Below, piece by piece: positions 36,497 through 46,032 of a stretch of 63,973 nt of DNA; within the stretch, counting starts at the first letter, position 1; every line of letters starts with the position of its first letter. The translations under genes and the position numbers were made by a program. Under the pieces are notes generated by a model, which saw only the letters and a program-made list of their open reading frames with translations, ran no database searches and was not told where the DNA came from. Origin of the DNA: Candidatus Omnitrophota bacterium (GTDB lineage Bacteria > Omnitrophota > Gorgyraeia > Zapsychrales > Zapsychraceae); the NCBI GenBank assembly GCA_016214285.1, contig JACROV010000012.1, positions 1 through 63,973 of the forward strand. The letters are read 5' to 3'.

Positions 36497-38704
36497 TTAA
36501 ACTGAATAAAATCTTTTGCCATTCTCTTGCAGTTTTAATAAATAAGTTGTTGGTTGAAAACGTTGCGCTTGAAGCTTTTCCTCCAACCGTTTGAGTTCGG
36601 ATACGATAGCCGAAACTCCCAGTGTGTCCGCGTAGCGTAATAATCCTCCGCGAAACGCCGGAAATCCCGCGCCGAAGATCATGCCGACGTCAATGGCGCC
36701 CGGCGCGTCAACGATCCCTTCTTCCAGACAGCGTGCCGCTTCGTTGATCATCACATACAGCATGCGCCGCAGGATTTCTTCTTGATCCGGATGGGCGCCT
36801 CGGACACTCCCGGGGTGTCCTGGCTGTATTGCCGGATTCGGCTGGACGCCTCTGACACTCCCGGAGTGTCCTGGCTGATGGAGGTAAAATCCTTTCCCTG
36901 ATTTTTTTCCGAGAAACCCTTGGGCGTAAATTTTTTCAAAGATCTCCACCGGTTTGAACCGCTCTCCTAACCCGGCTTCGAGGATATGCAGGACTTTACT
37001 GCCCACATCAAGACCCACTTCATCGGTCAAAGTGAACGGACCCATCGGCATGCCAAAATCCGTCATGATCTTGTCAATGGCGACGACTGAATTGCCCTCT
37101 TCCAGGAGCCGGCCGGCTTCGTTGATGTATCCCAGCAGGATCCGGTTGACCACGAATCCGCAGGAATCCTTGACGACGATCGGTGTCTTGCCCAGACGCC
37201 TGACCAGCGCCAGAGTGCCTGCCAGTGTTTCCTTGCTGGTTTGCGCGGTCATGATGATCTCAACGAGCGGCATCTTGTGGACGGGGTTAAAAAAATGCAA
37301 GCCGATCACTTTGGAAGGATCTTTTGTTTCCCCCGCCATTTCCGTGACGGATAACGCCGAGGTATTGGTCGCCAGGATCGTTTGCCCTCCGGCCGCGGCG
37401 CTTAATTCCCGGAAAACCTTGCGTTTGACCTCCATGTTCTCGACCACCGCCTCGATGGCGATGCCGGTATCGGCAAATCCGCTGTAATCCAGCGTCGGGG
37501 TGATCTTGTCCATTTTGACGGCCGCTTCGTAAGGCTTCATGCGGCGCTTTTTTACGGCGTCGCGGTAAAGTTTTGCCGCCGAGCGCACGCCAAGCGCGAG
37601 CGCTTCGTAGTTGATGTCTTTTAAACGCACCCAGATATTTGCATAGCTTAGCAATTGAGCGATGCCGCCGCCCATCACTCCAGCGCCGATGATCCCGCAT
37701 TTTTCGACAGGTTTTGGCGTAATACCTTCTACGTTAAGCTTGCGATATTGTTCCGAAAGATAGAAAACATGGATGAGGTTCTTTGCGACAGCGGTTGCGG
37801 CCAGTTCGTTGAATTCCCGCGCTTCTACGTCAAGACCTTTAGTCCGGTCCAGGTAAAAATTTTTCTTGATGACGGCGATGGCTTTAAGGGGCGCCGGGTA
37901 AAATCCTTTGGTATTTTTCAAAACGGACTGGATGGATTGCTGGAAGATAAACCATTGGCCGAGCAAAGACCCCTCGAGGATGCTGGCAAGTCCTTTGGTT
38001 TTTCGGCGCGCGTATTTGTCAGGGACAATGCGGCCTTGCCGGATATCTTCGATAAACGTGTTGAGATAATGGTCCAGGCCATTTTGCGGCGCCAGGCGAT
38101 CGACCAAACCCAAGCGCAGCGCTTTGCTACTGTCTACGGATTTTCCGGTGAGGATCATGTTCAGGCCATCGGGCAAGCCGATCAACCGTGGCAAGCGGTA
38201 CGTCCCGCCAAAAGCGGGAAAGATCCCGAGATTGACTTCGGGCAAGCCGATACGTGTTTTTTCATTGAACGTTGCCAGGCGGTATTGGCACGCGAGCGCC
38301 AGCTCACAGCCGCCGCCCAAGGCCGCTCCATCAATGACGGCAATGGTGGGTACGGCCAGGTCTTCGAGCTTGTTAAGGATGTCCTGCCCGGCTTTGGCTT
38401 TTTGCAAGCCCTCTTCGGACCGCGTGATCCCTTCGATCTCCTTGATGTCCGCTCCGGCGATAAAAATGTCTTTCTTTTTGCTGACGATGACGACGGCTTT
38501 TAAAGAAGATTTACCGGCCGGCAGGCTCTTCCCCGCGGGCAGGGAGGCTCCCTGCGGGAGGAACCTCTGGCCTGCGGGAGCAAGCGAGTCCAGAATTTTA
38601 TCCAATTCCTGCAGCGCGGCCGCGGTCAAAAGGTTGACCTTGGAATCCGTTTGGTCGAATTCGATGAAGCCGGTGTTGTTGTCTTCACGGTAGGTGATTG
38701 ACAT
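36497..38704 (-). CDS. fadB: Fatty-acid oxidation complex alpha subunit (enoyl-CoA hydratase / 3-hydroxyacyl-CoA dehydrogenase), with two palindrome-derived insertions
   Basis: FIAGADI, GGGCELALAC, LPEVNLG, GAGVMGGG, TNTSAL, HFFNPV and GFVVNR. Confidence 0.93.
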   Translation of the reverse strand: MSITYREDNNTGFIEFDQTDSKVNLLTAAALQELDKILDSLAPAGQRFLPQGASLPAGKSLPAGKSSLKAVVIVSKKKDIFIAGADIKEIEGITRSEEGLQKAKAGQDILNKLEDLAVPTIAVIDGAALGGGCELALACQYRLATFNEKTRIGLPEVNLGIFPAFGGTYRLPRLIGLPDGLNMILTGKSVDSSKALRLGLVDRLAPQNGLDHYLNTFIEDIRQGRIVPDKYARRKTKGLASILEGSLLGQWFIFQQSIQSVLKNTKGFYPAPLKAIAVIKKNFYLDRTKGLDVEAREFNELAATAVAKNLIHVFYLSEQYRKLNVEGITPKPVEKCGIIGAGVMGGGIAQLLSYANIWVRLKDINYEALALGVRSAAKLYRDAVKKRRMKPYEAAVKMDKITPTLDYSGFADTGIAIEAVVENMEVKRKVFRELSAAAGGQTILATNTSALSVTEMAGETKDPSKVIGLHFFNPVHKMPLVEIIMTAQTSKETLAGTLALVRRLGKTPIVVKDSCGFVVNRILLGYINEAGRLLEEGNSVVAIDKIMTDFGMPMGPFTLTDEVGLDVGSKVLHILEAGLGERFKPVEIFEKIYAQGFLGKKSGKGFYLHQPGHSGSVRGVQPNPAIQPGHPGSVRGAHPDQEEILRRMLYVMINEAARCLEEGIVDAPGAIDVGMIFGAGFPAFRGGLLRYADTLGVSAIVSELKRLEEKLQAQRFQPTTYLLKLQENGKRFYSV
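36797..36877. repeat. Two 30-bp palindromic units inside fadB (28/30 identical, 51-bp period)
   Basis: GCCTCGGACACTCCCGGGGTGTCCTGGCTG (36797-36826) and GCCTCTGACACTCCCGGAGTGTCCTGGCTG (36848-36877). Confidence 0.9.
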
Positions 38705-38850
38705 TGGTAAATTGTTAATGGTGAATGGTTAATAGTGAATGGTGGATAGTGAATGGTGAATAGTTAATTGATCTGCAACTGGGTTTTAATGCACTAATCA
38801 TTAGTTGGAAGTATTTACAATTTTACCATTTACCATTAACTATTTACCAT
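38705..38850. repeat. Heptamer-periodic inverted repeat H8 (TGGTGAA/TTACCAT type)
   Basis: tggtgaa tggttaa tagtgaa tggtgga tagtgaa ... ttaccat ttaccat taactat ttaccat. Confidence 0.85.
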
Positions 38851-40125
38851 TTACCGTTCTAGTATAACCGCCGCGCCCTGGCCGCCGCCGACGCATAACG
38901 AAACCAGGCCGGTGTTGAGATTGTGGCGATTCATGTGCTTGAGCATGGTGATGATCAACCGCGTTCCGGTTGTCCCGACCGGATGCCCGAGGGCGATGGC
39001 GCCGCCGTTGACGTTGAGGATCCCGGGGTCAATCGTGCCGGCGAACCCTTCATAACTGAATTCTTTGGCGAAGGCCGGAGAATCCAAGTCTTTGAGACAG
39101 GCCAGGACCTGGGCGGCAAACGCTTCGTTAATTTCGATGGCCTGAATATCTTTTAATTTCATCCCGGCTTTTTTAAGGACTTGAGGAATGGCGTGCGCCG
39201 GCCCGATGCCCATCCGGTGCGGTTCAACGCCGACAAAGGCGTAAGCTCTGATAAAGCCCAACGGTTTTAAATTCAATTCCTTTGCTTTTTGTTCGCTCGT
39301 GATGAGTAATGCCGCCGCGCCATCGGTGACCTGGCTGGAGTTGCCGACCGTCACCGTGCCCGAGCGCCGGTCGAAGTAAGGTTTTAATTTGGCCAGGGCT
39401 TCGATCGTCTGACCTTCGCGCGGGCCGTTATCGTGTTCAACAGCCGATTTATACGCCGGCGGCGGAATGACAGGGACGATCTCCTCACGCAAAAACGTTT
39501 TTCCACGGAGGGCGCGCAAATGACTTTCCAGGGCGAACGCGTCCTGTTCTTCGCGCGTGATGCCGAATTCTTTGGCCAGGGTCTCGGCCGTTGAGCCCAT
39601 GATCATTCCGCAAACGGGATCAGTTAATCCCATTTCCAATCCGGCGCGCGGTTTAAGGTAAGCCGGCTTGATCTGGCTGAGGGCTTGTAACTTTTGCGCG
39701 AACGTTTTGGCCCGGGAAAGATGGGTCAGGATCTCTTTAAGTTCTTTCGACAGGTAAAATGGAATGTTGCTCATTGATTCCGTTCCGCCGGCGATGTAAC
39801 AACTTCCTTGTCCTGATTGAATTTTCATCGCGGCCTGCGCCGCGGCTTCGATGCCCGATGCGCAATTGCGGTGCACCGTGTAGGCCGGCACGGTCTCCGG
39901 GATACCGCTTAAAAGGGCGATCACCCGCGCGATGTTGGCGGTATCCGCCGGCTGGCTGACATTGCCGAAGATCACTTCGTCGATCTGGCGTACGTCGATA
40001 CCGGTGCGCTCCAGGAGTTCCCGTGTGGCGATGCGCCCGAGTTCCCGGGCGTCGATATCCTTGAATTCCGTACCCATCCTGCAAAATGGAGTGCGGATAC
40101 CGTCTATGATGGCGATGCGATTCAT
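38851..40125 (-). CDS. fadA: Acetyl-CoA acyltransferase (thiolase)
   Basis: Start MNRIAII at 40125; HRNCASG, GNSSQVTDGA, NEAFA, GAIALGHPVG and LCVGGGQG. Confidence 0.95.
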   Translation of the reverse strand: MNRIAIIDGIRTPFCRMGTEFKDIDARELGRIATRELLERTGIDVRQIDEVIFGNVSQPADTANIARVIALLSGIPETVPAYTVHRNCASGIEAAAQAAMKIQSGQGSCYIAGGTESMSNIPFYLSKELKEILTHLSRAKTFAQKLQALSQIKPAYLKPRAGLEMGLTDPVCGMIMGSTAETLAKEFGITREEQDAFALESHLRALRGKTFLREEIVPVIPPPAYKSAVEHDNGPREGQTIEALAKLKPYFDRRSGTVTVGNSSQVTDGAAALLITSEQKAKELNLKPLGFIRAYAFVGVEPHRMGIGPAHAIPQVLKKAGMKLKDIQAIEINEAFAAQVLACLKDLDSPAFAKEFSYEGFAGTIDPGILNVNGGAIALGHPVGTTGTRLIITMLKHMNRHNLNTGLVSLCVGGGQGAAVILER

Positions 40126-40127
40126 TT

Positions 40128-40270
40128 GTTTAAATCCCAATAAACAAATCTCAAACCACAAACAATTCACAAATCCTAATGACCAAAATTACAAATAATT
40201 GTTTCGGTCATTTGAATTTCGGTGTTGGGTATTGTTTGTAATTTGGGATTTGTGATTTGGTTATTCAGCA
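40128..40270. repeat. Heptamer-periodic inverted repeat H9 (CAAA/TTTG type)
   Basis: tcccaa taaacaa atctcaa accacaa ... ttgtttg taatttg ggatttg tgatttg. Confidence 0.8.
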
Positions 40271-40281
40271 ATTTTATATCG

Positions 40282-41766
40282 TTATTCCTTCGGTCTTTTG
40301 TCAACGATTCGTTTTTCCTTGTTCGCCGTCTCGAGTTCCAGGCGCTTGATGAGCTCGGGCCGGGGGATCCAATGGACCGCGTTGGGCGCCAGTTCCGTCG
40401 CTAGAAGTAGTTTCTTGCGCAATTGGTTTTCTGCTTCCTGTTGGTCCGCGCCCGCCCGGCAGCAGAGATAAATAACCAGTTCATCAACGCCGAATGGATC
40501 GTCATTTTTCTTTTTGATCTCTACTTGCCATTCATCAACGGCCGCGATTTCCGAAAAGATCACGTCGAAATGGCTCAAGTTGACCAACGCCCCCTTGATT
40601 TTTGACAAATGCATATTTTTGATATCCGACAAACGCGTGATGTCACTGGAGATCCGCGGCACCGTAGATCCGCAGTGAGGACAGGGGTCATAAGCAATCC
40701 CGCCTTTGACAAAATCGCCGGTGCGGTAGCGGATGACGACACTCGAGCGCGCGTCGATGGCCGTGTACACCAGTTCTCCGTCCTCCCCCCCTTTTTTTGT
40801 TTCCCCGGTTTTGGGATCGATGACCTCGAAGATCTCTTTGTCGGGGTACAGATGGTAACCGCTGGAACCCTGCGCCCCCGCCGGACATTCGGCCCAGGCC
40901 GAACGGGCTTCCGTGAACCCGTAGGTCCCGAAGACCGAAACGTTTTTGGCTCCCATCCCGGCCAGCAGTTCGACTACTTTCGTTTTGAAGGCCGGCGTGA
41001 CGCGCGCGGCCCCGAGCACCACTTTCTGGACGAAACGGAAATCGCATTTTTTGTCGGCGGCCTCGCGCAGGATATGATAAACGTAACCGGGCACGCCCAG
41101 GACGACCGACGGTTTCATCTTTTGGATGACCGCGATGTTCCCTTCGGTCCCCATGACTTTGCCGCCGCCGGTGCTTAATGCCAGGGCATTGGCCGAAAGC
41201 GCGCCGAAGACCACTTGCCAGAAAGCGAGATGCGGCGCGTAGGGGAACGTATTGACGATATTCTCGGAGGACTTGATCTTAAAAAGATTCAGCATGCGCC
41301 CGCCGGAAACAGAGAGGTTGCGCATGTCATAATTGCTGTACAAAAATGGCACCGGCTGGTTGGTGGTGCCGGTGGTGAAGGTCATAAACGCCGGCTTGAA
41401 TTCAGCGGCCAGTTGGTCTTCCACCGCCGTTTTGCCGCGCAGCGCCGCGGTCAATGCCAGCGCCGCCAATTTCGCCGGCGGCCAGGCGGCGCGGATTTTT
41501 TCTTTGTCGGGCTGCAGGATGAATTCGCGGAACCGGTCACTGTCCTGGGGCGCGGCCAGAAAATTTATTTTGGAGGTAACCGGGATACGGCGCAGATCCG
41601 CGACGGTACGGATAGCCCCGGGATTGATCCTGTTTTGGTCGAACAGGCGCCGGTAATACGGGCTGAAGGGATAAAGATAGCGGTTGACGAAATGATGCAG
41701 TTTTTGGTCCTGGAGTTTTTGTATTTTTTGGCGCGGCAGACGCGCTACTGTGCCCCATGGATCCAT
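40282..41766 (-). CDS. Phenylacetate-CoA-ligase-like (PaaK family) adenylate-forming enzyme
   Basis: FTTGTTNQP P-loop, TYGFTE, GELVYT and RYRTGD. Confidence 0.8.
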   Translation of the reverse strand: MDPWGTVARLPRQKIQKLQDQKLHHFVNRYLYPFSPYYRRLFDQNRINPGAIRTVADLRRIPVTSKINFLAAPQDSDRFREFILQPDKEKIRAAWPPAKLAALALTAALRGKTAVEDQLAAEFKPAFMTFTTGTTNQPVPFLYSNYDMRNLSVSGGRMLNLFKIKSSENIVNTFPYAPHLAFWQVVFGALSANALALSTGGGKVMGTEGNIAVIQKMKPSVVLGVPGYVYHILREAADKKCDFRFVQKVVLGAARVTPAFKTKVVELLAGMGAKNVSVFGTYGFTEARSAWAECPAGAQGSSGYHLYPDKEIFEVIDPKTGETKKGGEDGELVYTAIDARSSVVIRYRTGDFVKGGIAYDPCPHCGSTVPRISSDITRLSDIKNMHLSKIKGALVNLSHFDVIFSEIAAVDEWQVEIKKKNDDPFGVDELVIYLCCRAGADQQEAENQLRKKLLLATELAPNAVHWIPRPELIKRLELETANKEKRIVDKRPKE

Positions 41767-41881
41767 AATATCGTCGTTGTTCGTTGAAACGAATTCCGAT
41801 AACTTTTTTTGTTACAAAGATTTATACGATGATTATACATGATTGCGTTGGGCAGACAACGGAAATTTATTCTTGTTTCGT

Positions 41882-44038
41882 TCACTTTGAGGACGAAGTT
41901 CCCGGTTCGGCACGCATGCTCAGGGCGATCCGCTTTCGCTCGAGGTCCACCCCGACGACAGTGACCATCACCTTCTGATGAACACTCACCACCTCATGCG
42001 GATCCTTGATGTAACGCCGCGCGAGCTGGCTGATGTGCAGCAGCCCGTCCTGGTGCACCCCGATATCCACAAAAGCGCCGAAGGCGGTGATGTTCGTCAC
42101 CACCCCGGGAAGTTTCATCCCCGGGCGCAGGTCTTCAAGGGTCTGCACACCATCCTGAAAACTGAACAGCGCGAATGGCTCCCGCGGATCCCTCCCCGGC
42201 TTGGCCAGTTCGGCTTTGATATCCAGCAAGGTCGGCATTCCGATGGTTTCGCTGGCGTATTTCTCCAATGGTATTTTTGAGATCAGGCCCGCGTTGCCGA
42301 TCATCCCATCGAGTGAACACCCGAGGTCTCGCGCCATGGTTTCCACAACACAATAAGATTCAGGATGGACCGCGCTGGCATCAAGCGGATTTTTCGCGTC
42401 ATGGATCCGCAGGAAACCGGCCGCCTGCTCAAAAGCTTTAGGGCCCAAACCGGCCACTTTTTTTAATTCCTCGCGCTGATGGAAGGGCCCGTGCGTATTG
42501 CGGTGGTCCAGGATCGCCTGCGCGCGGACAGGACCTAATCCGGAGACATATGTCAATAACTGTTTGCTGGCGGTATTGACCTCGACGCCGACGAGGTTGA
42601 CGCAGCTGATGACCACATCATCAAGGCCGTCCTTCAAAAGATTCTGGTCCACGTCGTGCTGGTACTGCCCCACGCCTATTGATTTGGGATCGATCTTCAC
42701 CAATTCCGCCAACGGATCCATCAGCCGCCTGCCGATAGAAACGGACCCGCGGACCGTGACGTCGTAATTGGAGAACTCCTCCCTCGCCGCCTCCGACGCG
42801 GAATAAATTGAGGCCCCGCTTTCATTGACCATGACCACATGGATCTCCTGGGGGAGCCCGATCCCGCGGATGAAGACTTCGGTCTCGCGGCCGGCTGTCC
42901 CGTGACCGATCGCGATCACCTCCGTCTTATACTTTCGGCAGAGGTCCAAAACAGTTCGTGAGGCTGTCTGTTCTGATGACTTGATGCCCGTGATATAAAT
43001 GGTCTCATGGTGCAAGAGTTTCCCCTGGCGGTCGAGGCAGACGAGCTTGCATCCCGTGCGGAAGCCCGGGTCAATGGCCAGGACGTTTTTCTGGCCCAGA
43101 GGCGGGGCCAGCAGCAGCTGGCGCAGATTATTTTTGAAGATCTCAACGGCCTCGTGATCAGCGCGTTTTTTCAATTCCAGACGGATCTCCGTTTCCAAAG
43201 AGAGGCTTAATAAACGCTTGTAACCGTCCTCGACGGCCAAACGCGTTTCTTGGGCGTCTTTTCCGTCGCCCTGGACAAAAAGGTTTACCAGTACCGGCAG
43301 CGCTTCTTCCTCCGGCGGCAGGATCCGCACCGTTAAAAATTCTTCCTTCTCGCCGCGGCGCAGGGCGAGGATACGGTGCGAGAGGACGTTTTTGACCGGT
43401 TCCTCCCGCTCAAAGTAATCTTTGTATTTGCTTCCGTCTTTTTCCTTGCCTCTGACCACGCGCGACGAGATCACCGCGCGATCACGGAAGAGGGCGCGAA
43501 GCCGGGAACGGGCTGGCGCGTCTTCGCTCACCCACTCGGCGATGATATCGCGCGCGCCGGCCAAGGCCTCGGCGACGGAATTGACCTTCTTCTCAGCATT
43601 GACATAACCTGTGGCCGCGGCCGCCGGGTCAATTCCCTCCTGAGCAAAAATTTCTTGAGCCAGAGGCTCAAGCCCCTTCTCCTTGGCGATGCTGGCCCGG
43701 GTGCGGCGTTTGGGCCGGTAAGGGAGATAAATGTCCTCCAGCGCTGTCAGTGTTGCGCAGGCCAGGATCTTTTCGTTTAATTCTTCAGTGAGTTTACCCT
43801 GTTGCTGGATCGACTCAAGGATCGTCGCTCGCCGTTTGTCCATCTCGTTTAGCTGATGCAGACGATCACGGATGCCGGTGACGGCCACCTCATCCAGGCT
43901 TCCGGTGGCCTCTTTGCGGTAACGGGCAATAAAAGGGATGCTGGCGCCTTCTTCCAGAAGGTGGACCGTCGCGGCCACCTGTGAGGGCTTAACGCGAAGT
44001 TCCTGGGCGATTTGCGCATTATAGAAGTTTTTATTCAT
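41882..44038 (-). CDS. tex: Tex-family RNA-binding transcription accessory protein
   Basis: IPFIARYRKEATG, AIDPGFRTGCK, ESGASIYSAS, DPKSIGVGQYQHD and a C-terminal S1 domain. Confidence 0.97.
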   Translation of the reverse strand: MNKNFYNAQIAQELRVKPSQVAATVHLLEEGASIPFIARYRKEATGSLDEVAVTGIRDRLHQLNEMDKRRATILESIQQQGKLTEELNEKILACATLTALEDIYLPYRPKRRTRASIAKEKGLEPLAQEIFAQEGIDPAAAATGYVNAEKKVNSVAEALAGARDIIAEWVSEDAPARSRLRALFRDRAVISSRVVRGKEKDGSKYKDYFEREEPVKNVLSHRILALRRGEKEEFLTVRILPPEEEALPVLVNLFVQGDGKDAQETRLAVEDGYKRLLSLSLETEIRLELKKRADHEAVEIFKNNLRQLLLAPPLGQKNVLAIDPGFRTGCKLVCLDRQGKLLHHETIYITGIKSSEQTASRTVLDLCRKYKTEVIAIGHGTAGRETEVFIRGIGLPQEIHVVMVNESGASIYSASEAAREEFSNYDVTVRGSVSIGRRLMDPLAELVKIDPKSIGVGQYQHDVDQNLLKDGLDDVVISCVNLVGVEVNTASKQLLTYVSGLGPVRAQAILDHRNTHGPFHQREELKKVAGLGPKAFEQAAGFLRIHDAKNPLDASAVHPESYCVVETMARDLGCSLDGMIGNAGLISKIPLEKYASETIGMPTLLDIKAELAKPGRDPREPFALFSFQDGVQTLEDLRPGMKLPGVVTNITAFGAFVDIGVHQDGLLHISQLARRYIKDPHEVVSVHQKVMVTVVGVDLERKRIALSMRAEPGTSSSK

Positions 44039-44057
44039 GAGATAGCGCTGAAATGAT

Positions 44058-44130
44058 TAGTCACCAAGTCACCCGTCACCATCGTGTTGGCCGGTGACTT
44101 TGTGACCTTGTGACGTTGTGTCCTTGTGCT
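44058..44130. repeat. Heptamer-like inverted repeat H10 (GTCAC/GTGAC type)
   Basis: agtcacc aagtcac ccgtcac ... ggtgact ttgtgac cttgtga cg. Confidence 0.7.
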
Positions 44131-44139
44131 CCGCGGAAG

Positions 44140-44922
44140 TCATTCTTGCTTTAAGGAAAGGGTGTCTTGCTCGTGGGCGTGGATGAAGGATCTGGATAAT
44201 TTGCGGGCGGCTTCATTATCCAGCAGAAAGATGAGTTCTCCATTAGCGGGGTTGACTTGGGAAGCGGGGCACGTGAAATTTTCTTCGAGGATCTTATACA
44301 TGATCTCGCTTTTATGCGCGCCGAGGATCAAAAAAATGACGTAACGGGCGTTGTTGATGACGGAGAGCGAAATACTGACCCGGTCGTTTTTCAAATGCGG
44401 CAGGGAAACGGGCACAGTCACGAGGTTAGGATCGGCGATATTGTCCATGCCCGGAAAAAGCGAGGCGGTATGCCCGTCCTCCCCCACCCCGAGCAGGATC
44501 AGATCGAAGGTCGGCAAGGGCTTCCGCTGGTAGGAAAAATGTCCGATCAATTCATGTTTTAAATGTTCGGCCGCGACCGCGGCGTTATCCGCATCCGTCG
44601 GGATCATGTGGACGTGGCCTCGCGGGATATGGATATAATCGACCAGGCTGGATTTGATCATCCGGTAATTATTTTCTTTGTGTCCCGCCGTGACAACATG
44701 TTCATCCCCAAGGAAAAGGTGTGTTTTTCGCCATACAGCGTCATCATCAATGGTCGTGAGCCGGCAGTAAAATTCGGCGGGCGTGCGGCCGCCGGAAAGC
44801 GCGACGTTGAATTGGTTATGGTCGGAGATCGATTGTTGGGCGATTCCTTGCCAGAGCTTGAGCAGGTAATTGGCGAGGATGAAAGAGTTTTCGAAGATGA
44901 GGACTTTAGCTTGTGTGGCCAT
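44140..44922 (-). CDS. pgl: 6-phosphogluconolactonase
   Basis: ALSGGRTP, GDEH, DLILLGVGEDGHTASLFP. Confidence 0.92.
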   Translation of the reverse strand: MATQAKVLIFENSFILANYLLKLWQGIAQQSISDHNQFNVALSGGRTPAEFYCRLTTIDDDAVWRKTHLFLGDEHVVTAGHKENNYRMIKSSLVDYIHIPRGHVHMIPTDADNAAVAAEHLKHELIGHFSYQRKPLPTFDLILLGVGEDGHTASLFPGMDNIADPNLVTVPVSLPHLKNDRVSISLSVINNARYVIFLILGAHKSEIMYKILEENFTCPASQVNPANGELIFLLDNEAARKLSRSFIHAHEQDTLSLKQE

Positions 44923-45064
44923 GATTGTTACCGTTAAACGGTTGCGGTTACGTAGCTATTTTATAGTTGCCAATCTTGCACCTCTTTGACCCGCTTCGGT
45001 CGCCCAAGGCAAGCAACGGTCAACCCTTTCAATGAAATGGCTGCGGATCTTCTCTTGAACTGAG

Positions 45065-45310
45065 TTAATAACTTTCAATGAAATCCTCCCAAAATGTCCG
45101 CACTTCCCGGGGGAAAAATCGCTTGATCTTCAAAAACACCTGCCTGAACCGTTTAAAATCGACCGCGGTTAAAAGAGCTTTGACGTCCTTCATTCTTCCC
45201 CGGGTTAATACCTGTTGCACATACAGTTCCAAGTCCGCGGCATTGGCCAGATCTAGAGAAGCAGTGTCCTTAAGAAACCAAAATAATTTTTTATCAGGCA
45301 AGATGTTCAT
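45065..45310 (-). CDS. Small antitoxin-like hypothetical protein
   Basis: LFWF...YVQQVLTRG...RTFWE pattern, like small partners of AbiEii-type nucleotidyltransferases; directly downstream of hicAB. Confidence 0.5.
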   Translation of the reverse strand: MNILPDKKLFWFLKDTASLDLANAADLELYVQQVLTRGRMKDVKALLTAVDFKRFRQVFLKIKRFFPREVRTFWEDFIESY

Positions 45311-45358
45311 TGGATATGTTCTTTAACAGGCTACAATGCCTCCATCGGCCAGCCTGCC

Positions 45359-45781
45359 TCAGGATTTGAATGAGATGGCAAGATTCTTTCCAAACACCTC
45401 GCTGATCTTTTCAAGGGTCTTAACAGTGGGGTTGCATTTGCGAGGATTTTCCAATTTTTGATAGGCTTGATAGGAAATGCCGAGTTTCTTTGCGATTTCT
45501 GATTGCGATATGCCATTACGAACTTTTCTTAATTGATAAGCTAAAGAAATATGGGGTTCGACTTCGACAATATATCCGTTTTGATATTTTTTTTTGCGAG
45601 GCTTAGGCAGCGTAAAGCCGCGTTCAAAATCGGATTCCAAGCATCCGTTCAGGGCTTCTTTGGCATTATGAAGAGCCTCCTCAATGGTTTCGCCATAAGT
45701 GTTGATGTTCGGAATATCAGGAAATTTAACCAAATATGAACTGTTTGCTTTTTTGATAATAGCCATATACGTCATTACCAA
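45359..45781 (-). CDS. hicB: HicB antitoxin with C-terminal HTH
   Basis: YLVKFPDIP..TYGETIEEALHNAKEAL, plus XRE HTH SQSEIAKKLGISYQAYQKLE. Confidence 0.92.
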   Translation of the reverse strand: MVMTYMAIIKKANSSYLVKFPDIPNINTYGETIEEALHNAKEALNGCLESDFERGFTLPKPRKKKYQNGYIVEVEPHISLAYQLRKVRNGISQSEIAKKLGISYQAYQKLENPRKCNPTVKTLEKISEVFGKNLAISFKS

Positions 45782-45969
45782 TCTCCATTTTTGATGCCGG
45801 CTTGTTTTACAATTGCGTTAATCAAACCGTGCGGCAAGTCTTTGTTGCCGTGAACCGGAACGGGAATGGATCGCTTTCCTTTTTTAGTCAGAATATGATG
45901 ACTGCCTTTGATTCGATCGAGTTCCCAGCCATATTCTTGAAGTATTTTAATAAGCTGCTTTCCGTCCAT
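45775..45969 (-). CDS. hicA: HicA toxin
   Basis: GWELDRIKGSHHIL, IPVPVH and DLPHG. Confidence 0.93.
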   Translation of the reverse strand: MDGKQLIKILQEYGWELDRIKGSHHILTKKGKRSIPVPVHGNKDLPHGLINAIVKQAGIKNGDW

Positions 45970-45973
45970 TTAA

Positions 45974-46002
45974 ATTATACAACCTATAAGTTGCATTGTC
46001 AA
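45974..46002 (-). promoter_or_regulatory. Consensus sigma70 promoter for hicAB with an operator palindrome
   Basis: Minus strand TTGACA-17 nt-TATAAT, 4 nt before the ATG; CAAC..GTTG inverted repeat in the spacer. Confidence 0.75.
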
Positions 46003-46032
46003 GCTAAAATCATCGTGCGGTACTTGCAGTCA

